Of a DNA stretch of 64,000 bases, positions 57,848 to 64,000 are shown in pieces (the first letter of the stretch is position 1; every line of letters begins with the position of its first letter). The translations under genes were made by a program, and so were the position numbers. Source of the stretch: Syntrophales bacterium (GTDB taxonomy: Bacteria > Desulfobacterota > Syntrophia > Syntrophales > UBA4778). The stretch covers positions 186,001-250,000 of the forward strand of contig CAXXQE010000008.1 in NCBI GenBank assembly GCA_963665615.2, given 5' to 3'. The notes below the pieces were generated by a model that saw only the letters and a list, made by a program, of their open reading frames with translations, was not told the DNA's origin and ran no database searches.

Positions 57848-59083
57848 CTATCTCATGAAGCCCGGCCCCATCGGGGGACGGCCGGGGGCAGCGGCATTAT
57901 TCTTTTTCCCGGCCGCCAGTGCCTCGACAATGACTTCCTGTCCTTCCTGGAGGTCTCCAGAGACAACCTCGGCACTTGTGCCGTCGCTGATGCCGGTGGC
58001 CACCCGGACCCGCTCGGGCCCAGTCGCTCCCAGGATCCATACGCCAGCCCCCCGCTGGCCCACACCCTTTCCGGATCCCGGCGTGGCCGTAGCGTTTTTC
58101 TTTTGCATCGCGCCCTGCCCGTGTTTCTCTACCTCGGGCATCTTGAAGCGCAGGGCCTCGTTACTGATCTTCAGGATACCCTGCTTGTCTGCCGTAATGA
58201 TCGAAACATTGGCCGTCATGCCGGGCTTGAGCTTGAAGTCGGGGTTATTGACACGGACAACAACGTCGTAGGTTACGACATTCTGAACGGAAACGGGGGC
58301 GCTACGAACCTCCGAAACCTTGCCGCGAAAGATGAGGTCCGGATAGGCGTCCACCGTGAATTCAACCGGCTGGCCAACCGCGACCCGTCCGATATCCGCC
58401 TCGGCCACACTGGTATCCACCTGCATCCGGGTCAAATCCTGCGCGATATTGAAAAGGGTCGGGGTTTGAAAACTCGCGGCGACCGTCTGCCCCACATCGA
58501 CGCTGCGCGAAATGACGGTCCCGTCCACCGGGGAGAGGATGCGGGTGTATCTCAGGTTGATATCGGCGGATTTGAGGGCCGCCTTCTGCTGCTCGATAGT
58601 GGCCCGAGACGCCGATACCTGGGCGACGGCCGAGGTGTAATTGGTCTCGGCGGTGTCCAGGTCGCTCTGGGCAATCAATCCCTTAGCCGCCAGGACGCGA
58701 TTGCGCTCGACAATCCGCTTGGCATCGAGCGCCGCCGCTTGCGATTTTTCCAGATTCGCCTGCGCCGCAACGAGATTGGCCCGGGCCTGATCTGTCTGTG
58801 CCTCAAAGGTGGCCGGATCGATGAGGGCCAGGAGCTGTCCCTTTTTGACGGCGGAGTTATAATCGACATACAGGTGCTTTATCGTTCCCGACACCTGCGT
58901 CCCGACCAGGACGGTTGTCACCGCATTGACGGTACCGGTGGCAGTGACCGTCGCCCGAATAACACCGCGCGAGACCTTCTCCGTCCGGAACTCTGGCGCC
59001 TTGCCATTTCCCTTTAAAAAGTAAAACAACCCGCCCGCCAGGACAAGGACCGCCACAACCGCTATCACGAGTTTCTTATTCAT
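57848..59083 (-). CDS. Efflux periplasmic adaptor subunit (MacA-like)
   Basis: VGTQVSG, SPVDGTV, GQTVAASFQTP, LKPGMTA. Confidence 0.95.
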   Translation of the reverse strand: MNKKLVIAVVAVLVLAGGLFYFLKGNGKAPEFRTEKVSRGVIRATVTATGTVNAVTTVLVGTQVSGTIKHLYVDYNSAVKKGQLLALIDPATFEAQTDQARANLVAAQANLEKSQAAALDAKRIVERNRVLAAKGLIAQSDLDTAETNYTSAVAQVSASRATIEQQKAALKSADINLRYTRILSPVDGTVISRSVDVGQTVAASFQTPTLFNIAQDLTRMQVDTSVAEADIGRVAVGQPVEFTVDAYPDLIFRGKVSEVRSAPVSVQNVVTYDVVVRVNNPDFKLKPGMTANVSIITADKQGILKISNEALRFKMPEVEKHGQGAMQKKNATATPGSGKGVGQRGAGVWILGATGPERVRVATGISDGTSAEVVSGDLQEGQEVIVEALAAGKKNNAAAPGRPPMGPGFMR

Positions 59084-59100
59084 ATAAACCTCAAAAAAAG

Positions 59101-59237
59101 TTCGGGGTTCGGAGTTCAGCGTTCGGAGTTACTGGAAAGCCCGAATGACTTTTTCATTACTCGTCTTCGCCCCTCGCGATCGCCAACTGACAAGATAAAT
59201 CCCCCGTATAACAACCCGGAACGCAGAACCCTGAACT
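59101..59237. repeat. Heptamer tandem repeats (GTTCRGR) as inverted arms between tolC-like and macA-like genes
   Basis: TTCGGG GTTCGGA GTTCAGC GTTCGGA ... CCGGAAC GCAGAAC CCTGAAC; related arrays at 12771-12798 and 38884-38907. Confidence 0.8.
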
Positions 59238-60582
59238 AGTATTTCACCCCTATCGCCTTATCCATCGTGGCCTGGGCGATTCGGTAGTCATAGAGTGCCT
59301 GGTTATACCCCGTCCGCGCATTGCTCAGGCTCACCAGCGCATCGGTCACTTCGATCGGGCTGCCCACGCCGGCGGTATAGCGCCCATTGGCCAGTTCCAG
59401 GTTTTCCGTCGCCTGACGAACCGTTACCTCCGCCACGGCAATCCGCTGGCGGGCCTCCGAGAGCCCCAGAAGGGCCTGTTGCACGCTCAACAGGATCGAC
59501 TGACGGATCGCCTCCTCATTGGCATTGAGCGTGCGGAGATTGGCTCTGGCCTCGTCAACCTGGTGCCGGATTAAAAAACCGTTGAAGATGGGTATGGTAA
59601 TCGATGCCCCGGCCGTCCAATTCTCGCGCAGGGGGAAATCGTCTCCACCCCAGCCATAAGTCGCGTTGCCGTTGAGCGAGGGATAATCCCCGGCCTGAGC
59701 TAACCGGATCGATTGCTCCCCAGCCTTTTTCTTGGCCAGCACCGACTGCAGATCGGGACGCGCAGCGTATGCCTGCCGCAACGCCGCGTCCAGAGTGATG
59801 TCGTAGGGTGGGGAAGACAGGATATCCTCTACCTCGTAATCAGGCGCACCCGTGAGCCCCATCGCGTTGTCGAGGGTGATCCGGGCTAAGCGGACAGCAT
59901 TGTCGGCGCGGATCTGATTGAGTTTGGCATTGCTCAGATCGACCTCCGCCTTGGTCACGTCGAACTTGGCCTTGGTGCCGACTTCAAAGAACCCGCGGGC
60001 CTGATCCAGGTGCTGTTGAAACTGATGCGTCGTCTCGTCGGCCACTTGACGGTTGCGTCGCGCCTGCAGCAACCCGAAGTACGCGACCCTCACATCGAGA
60101 ACCGTCTGCTCAACCGTATTGGAAAGATCGGCCCGAGCGGATTCCGTGTTGTACTTTTGGACGCCGACCTGGGAGGCGGTCCGGCCGAAATCATATATCT
60201 TCTGGGTTCCGGAGAACGTGCCGCCATAGGTGTTGTAAGTGCCGGCCAACAAGGAATTGGACGTTCCAGCGGTATACCCTCGGGTATAGCCCGACGAAAA
60301 ATCGACCTGCGGCCAGTAGTTCGCCTGGGCCTGACCGATCCGGCTCTGGCTGGCCTCGACGGCGCTGCGCGAGGCCAGAATCGACGGATGGTGGGCAATC
60401 GCCAGGGCAACCGCCTTATCCAGCGTGATCGTGCTACCCTGAACGACATCAGGGGTTTGCTGCCCGTAAGCGACCCACGGCACCATGAATGCGCCAACGA
60501 TCAACCAGAATAGGTACAGTCGGAAACGCACTGATTTCCTCCACGGTTCCATCCTGTTCGTCCACGATTCGAGACCGGGCAT
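59236..60582 (-). CDS. TolC family outer membrane protein
   Basis: Two OEP repeats; first gene of the macAB-like operon; start codon uncertain. Confidence 0.9.
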   Translation of the reverse strand: MPGLESWTNRMEPWRKSVRFRLYLFWLIVGAFMVPWVAYGQQTPDVVQGSTITLDKAVALAIAHHPSILASRSAVEASQSRIGQAQANYWPQVDFSSGYTRGYTAGTSNSLLAGTYNTYGGTFSGTQKIYDFGRTASQVGVQKYNTESARADLSNTVEQTVLDVRVAYFGLLQARRNRQVADETTHQFQQHLDQARGFFEVGTKAKFDVTKAEVDLSNAKLNQIRADNAVRLARITLDNAMGLTGAPDYEVEDILSSPPYDITLDAALRQAYAARPDLQSVLAKKKAGEQSIRLAQAGDYPSLNGNATYGWGGDDFPLRENWTAGASITIPIFNGFLIRHQVDEARANLRTLNANEEAIRQSILLSVQQALLGLSEARQRIAVAEVTVRQATENLELANGRYTAGVGSPIEVTDALVSLSNARTGYNQALYDYRIAQATMDKAIGVKY

Positions 60583-61113
60583 TCTTCTTTCCTCCTTCAA
60601 GTTATCCTCCAACACTGCACCATATATGCCAATCGAACGCTTTATGCAATATATTGATTTTACATATTTTAATAAATCTCTGGGGCGTTCCCCCACTGCA
60701 ATCGCCTATTATCTTCCCATGTATGGGCGATAAGTATCCAGCTTGAAGTCGTTTGATTCGTTCTCTTGTACCGCTGTGAGCTGCAAGGATGAGAAACGGT
60801 AGCGCTGCCGGACTCGCAAAAAGACACCACTCCCCGCAGGACGCCGGCAACGGTTTTCTATTTCGGGACCATGATTCGGGGGGATTGTGGTACGCCATGG
60901 AGAAAAGCGTTCTATTCGACCGGCAGCCCCGGAGGCGGTATGATCGCACAGAGTACGTACCTGCTTACGAACGGTTGAACGGTGGGGAAGAGATGGGGCA
61001 GGGAAGTTTAAAGTTAAAAGTTTGAGGTTTAAAGTTATACGGAACCATTGACGGCCATCCGCTTCTGAATGGCCAGCACACACCGGTTACTTCCTTAACT
61101 TTTAACTGCGCTG

Positions 61114-61224
61114 TCACAGCGCCTGCACAAACCTCACGACGATCAGCGCCATAAGCGTCGCGATGTAGACCATCAGAATCGAAAGCGCGATCCGGGTCTT
61201 GCGAGTCATCTGTACACGAGGCAT
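61114..61224 (-). CDS. 36-aa single-TM small protein (absent from ORF track)
   Basis: MPRVQMTRKTRIALSILMVYIATLMALIVVRFVQAL; GGGGAG RBS right after the upstream stop codon. Confidence 0.65.
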   Translation of the reverse strand: MPRVQMTRKTRIALSILMVYIATLMALIVVRFVQAL

Positions 61225-61237
61225 CTCAGGCTCCCCC

Positions 61238-62509
61238 TCACTTCATGATGTCGTTGTACAGGATCACGCCAAGCATATGATCCTGATTGTCCACCACCGG
61301 AATCATACGGTAGTTGTACTTCGTAAACATCTGCGTCAGATCCTCCTGCACATCGTCCTCTTCCGCTGTCACGGGCGGCGAGGCCATAAGATCGTTCATC
61401 GTTGCATGGTCCTGTGCCAAGACCAGATCCCGGATGTCCACGACCCCCTGCAACACCCTTTCATCTTCGCTGACGACATATAGATAGGAGATGGTCGAGG
61501 TCTCCTGGACCGTCGCCCGGATCGTTTTCAGCACCTCGGCGGCGATGTTCGTCTTCAGAACACTGACATAGTTCGACGACATCATGTCTTTGGCTGTGAT
61601 CTCGCGCTCGGAAAGGATGTCGCGGACGCGGTCCGCCTGTTCCCGCGGCAGCAGTTCGAGCATCTCGGTTGCGTAATCGTGCGGCAGGACGGAAAAGAGA
61701 TTCGCCAACTGCGGAACGGTCATCTCGGAGAAGATCGACCGGGCCCGCTCCTCGCGCAGGTTGGCGATGATCTGGCGCTGGGCGCGCGGTTCGGCCTCAG
61801 CGAGGGTCTCCGCGGCCTTTTCCGAATCGAGAGCGGAAAAAAGCGCCTGCTGTTCGTCGCCGGGAAGTTCCTCAAGCACATCCGCCAGATCCTCGCTGGG
61901 TAATTCGAGCATCTGGCTTCTCGTCACGGAGAGAGTCACCTTGTCGGTTGAAACGGCATCTTCGACAGACAGCGGCTGGACGTATTTCCAGGAAATCAGG
62001 TTGTCGTTGATCCAGCGGAGTCGTCCCAGTCCGAACCGGCGCAGGAAACCGCTGAGCGATATATCGACATGAACCAGAAGCATTCTCCCCCGCGCCTCAA
62101 GGACGTGGACGTCGTTGACCACCTCGCTGCGGCGACCGTCAATATCGAGAATGGTCCGTCCCATGAGGTGCTTGTCTAACAGAATCCACCCAGGCTGATC
62201 GACGAAGGCGGCATAGCTGTCACCCTCAGGTGGTGCAACAAAAACTGCATCCTCCTCCACTCGGAGGACCTTCTCCCAGGGAATGAACTGGGTGGGCTTG
62301 CCCCAACCGAACTCCAGATAGATTCCGACCGCCTCTGGATAGGGCTCTTTTAGCGCGAAAACGATATCGGTTAACTTTCCGATCCGTTTTTTCGCGGGCT
62401 CGACACATACTGGCCTCTTCAGCAGTTCCGAAAAGTAGAGAAACCGGAAATTGCCCATCCCGCTAGGGACATCCGTGAGCTTCGCTTTGGATAAGGACGC
62501 TGCGGCCAT
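61238..62509 (-). CDS. PRC-barrel + MgtE intracellular N-domain + CBS pair (soluble, no MgtE pore)
   Basis: DLADVLEEL, AAETLAE, YLYVV...GVVDIRDL, IPVVD; no TM region. Confidence 0.88.
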   Translation of the reverse strand: MAAASLSKAKLTDVPSGMGNFRFLYFSELLKRPVCVEPAKKRIGKLTDIVFALKEPYPEAVGIYLEFGWGKPTQFIPWEKVLRVEEDAVFVAPPEGDSYAAFVDQPGWILLDKHLMGRTILDIDGRRSEVVNDVHVLEARGRMLLVHVDISLSGFLRRFGLGRLRWINDNLISWKYVQPLSVEDAVSTDKVTLSVTRSQMLELPSEDLADVLEELPGDEQQALFSALDSEKAAETLAEAEPRAQRQIIANLREERARSIFSEMTVPQLANLFSVLPHDYATEMLELLPREQADRVRDILSEREITAKDMMSSNYVSVLKTNIAAEVLKTIRATVQETSTISYLYVVSEDERVLQGVVDIRDLVLAQDHATMNDLMASPPVTAEEDDVQEDLTQMFTKYNYRMIPVVDNQDHMLGVILYNDIMK

Positions 62510-62530
62510 AAATTACCTCCACATAAAACA

Positions 62531-62635
62531 GTTCTGGGTTCGGCGTTCAGAGTTCGGAGTTATATGGGGGCTATGTGTTGAGGTTACAAACAGCATTTCC
62601 TGCAACCCGGAACTCAAAACCCCGAACTCCGAACT
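62531..62635. repeat. Heptamer tandem repeats (GTTCRGR) as inverted arms between NRAMP and MgtE-N genes
   Basis: GTTCTGG GTTCGGC GTTCAGA GTTCGGA ... CCGGAAC TCAAAAC CCCGAAC TCCGAAC. Confidence 0.8.
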
Positions 62636-62637
62636 GT

Positions 62638-63945
62638 TTATTTAAGCAGATTCGGAAAAAGCGTACAAATCCCCATGAGGGTCGATACGACGATCACAAA
62701 CCCTGCAATGGTAACGTTCATGATATTCTGCCGCCGGGTATTGACATAATCCCCCATAACGTTGCGGTCATTGAGGAGCAGAATCAAAAAAATCAGAGAC
62801 GCCGGCAGGAGGGTCACCGCCACCACCTGAACGTACATTGTGATCGTTACCAAGGGCGCCCCCGGAATCAGCACCACCGCTCCCGATGTAATGAGCAGCA
62901 GGAAATAAACGATATAAAACCACGGCGCGTCCTTGACCCGCTGGTTGAGAGAATGCGCCCACCCGAAGACCTCTCCCACCGCCCAGGAGGTAGAAAGAGA
63001 AATACACAAAGCGCCAAGGAAACCCGCATCGAAAAGACCGATGGCAAAGAGTTTCCGGGCCAGGGCCCCCTCAACCGCCGGCAGCAGCGGCACGATGGCC
63101 TCCGCCGTTTGTCGCGCATCTTCGATAATAATCTTCGGGAAGTGATAGTAAAACACCGCCGCCGTCGTAATGATGATAAAGACGGCGACAACACAGGTCA
63201 GAATCACCCCCACCATCGTTTCCATTTTCCCGAAGCGGATATCGTGAATGTCCAGCCCCTTGTCCACTACGGCACTCTGTTGGAAGAAGATCTGCCAGGG
63301 CGTGATGGTCGTCCCGATGTTGGCCAGGATGATAAAAACGAGATCTGCATTCATCGCGGTCAGGTCCGGTGGCGCAAAGCCGCGCAGGACCTCGGACCAG
63401 CCGGGGGCATAGGGGACGTCCATCGCCCAAAAGGCCGCAGGGATATAGACGAGGTTGAAGCCCACGAAAAAGAGCGTGAGTTTTTCGAAGGTCCAGTATT
63501 TGCCGGTCAGGACGATCGCAAAGAGGATCGCCGTGACAAAGAGCACAGTCAGCCACGCGGGAATCCCGAAGAGGCTCATCGCCGCCGTCATCCCGATGAA
63601 CTCGGTGATGAGGGTCAGCCAGTTGATAACCGCCAGATCGACGATGGTAAACCATCCCCAGAACGGACCGAACCCGTCGAAGATCGCCTCGGCATAGCCG
63701 CGCTTGGTGACCGCCCCCAGCCGCACCGTCATCTCCTGGACGCAGTAGGCCATGGGCAGAAGAATAATGAAAATCCACAGGAGTGAAAAACCGTGTTTGG
63801 AACCGGTCACCGCGTAGGTGGAGATCCCGCCGGCATCGTTGTCGGCGACCATCACGATAATGCCCGGCCCGAGGACAGAGAGAAAGACGAGCAATTGCCG
63901 TCTCAAGCGATTGAAGAGGTGAAAGCTTTTGCTGATCCAGTACAT
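62638..63945 (-). CDS. NRAMP-family divalent cation transporter (Mg2+-type candidate)
   Basis: GPGIIVMVADNDAGG, QEMTVRLG, IGTTITPW; GGAGGTG RBS before ATG 63945. Confidence 0.9.
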   Translation of the reverse strand: MYWISKSFHLFNRLRRQLLVFLSVLGPGIIVMVADNDAGGISTYAVTGSKHGFSLLWIFIILLPMAYCVQEMTVRLGAVTKRGYAEAIFDGFGPFWGWFTIVDLAVINWLTLITEFIGMTAAMSLFGIPAWLTVLFVTAILFAIVLTGKYWTFEKLTLFFVGFNLVYIPAAFWAMDVPYAPGWSEVLRGFAPPDLTAMNADLVFIILANIGTTITPWQIFFQQSAVVDKGLDIHDIRFGKMETMVGVILTCVVAVFIIITTAAVFYYHFPKIIIEDARQTAEAIVPLLPAVEGALARKLFAIGLFDAGFLGALCISLSTSWAVGEVFGWAHSLNQRVKDAPWFYIVYFLLLITSGAVVLIPGAPLVTITMYVQVVAVTLLPASLIFLILLLNDRNVMGDYVNTRRQNIMNVTIAGFVIVVSTLMGICTLFPNLLK

Positions 63946-64000
63946 AGCCGGCTCACCTCCCCCGCTCAGAGGCGGACGGACGAATCCCTCCCCCCGCAAA

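Noticed and set aside
60709..61083. 124-aa ORF upstream of the tolC-like gene
   Set aside because: Includes translated heptamer repeats (LNLKLLTLNF) and lacks protein-like features.
1..64000. CRISPR array
   Set aside because: No repeat of about 25-45 bp separated by unique spacers; the repeats seen are 7-21 bp and tandem or paired.

Overview
Bacterial chromosome segment. The gene content (Mo- and W-type aldehyde oxidoreductases, a DsrC/TusE-like protein, a sigma54-driven PEP-CTERM gene, a TM1266-like protein) suggests an anaerobic deltaproteobacterium (Desulfobacterota/Syntrophales-like); this is inference only. Positions 1-7005 are the right end of an integrative element inserted at the 3' end of tRNA-Leu(CAG). 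Its cargo is a truncated Hel308/Ski2-like helicase with an extra C-terminal wHTH and a DUF4062-HATPase_c_4-wHTH protein. These are followed by a repeat-rich spacer and a co-oriented core: phage-type replication initiator with an internal 8 x 11-bp iteron-like array, sigma70-like factor, wHTH protein, excisionase, probably leaderless XRE repressor with a palindromic operator, and a Zn-ribbon tyrosine integrase. The rest is host chromosome: ribF-nfi-alkD-amidohydrolase, ABC-F, feoAB fusion, mltA, ompA, hpt, and a Mo-aldehyde oxidoreductase operon carrying its own TusE/cysteine desulfurase/XdhC/MocA genes, divergent from a ModE-cupin fusion with a ModE-like box between them. Further along are bioDFA, a W-type AOR plus tandem class II aldolase, obgE-proB, PEP-CTERM, mop-modABC, two moeA paralogues, kef, a MacAB-TolC-type exporter and an NRAMP/MgtE-N/small membrane protein operon. 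Many intergenic spacers carry 7-8 bp tandem repeats, often as inverted arms. No CRISPR array or rRNA was seen. All calls come from reading motifs by eye; no database search was run.
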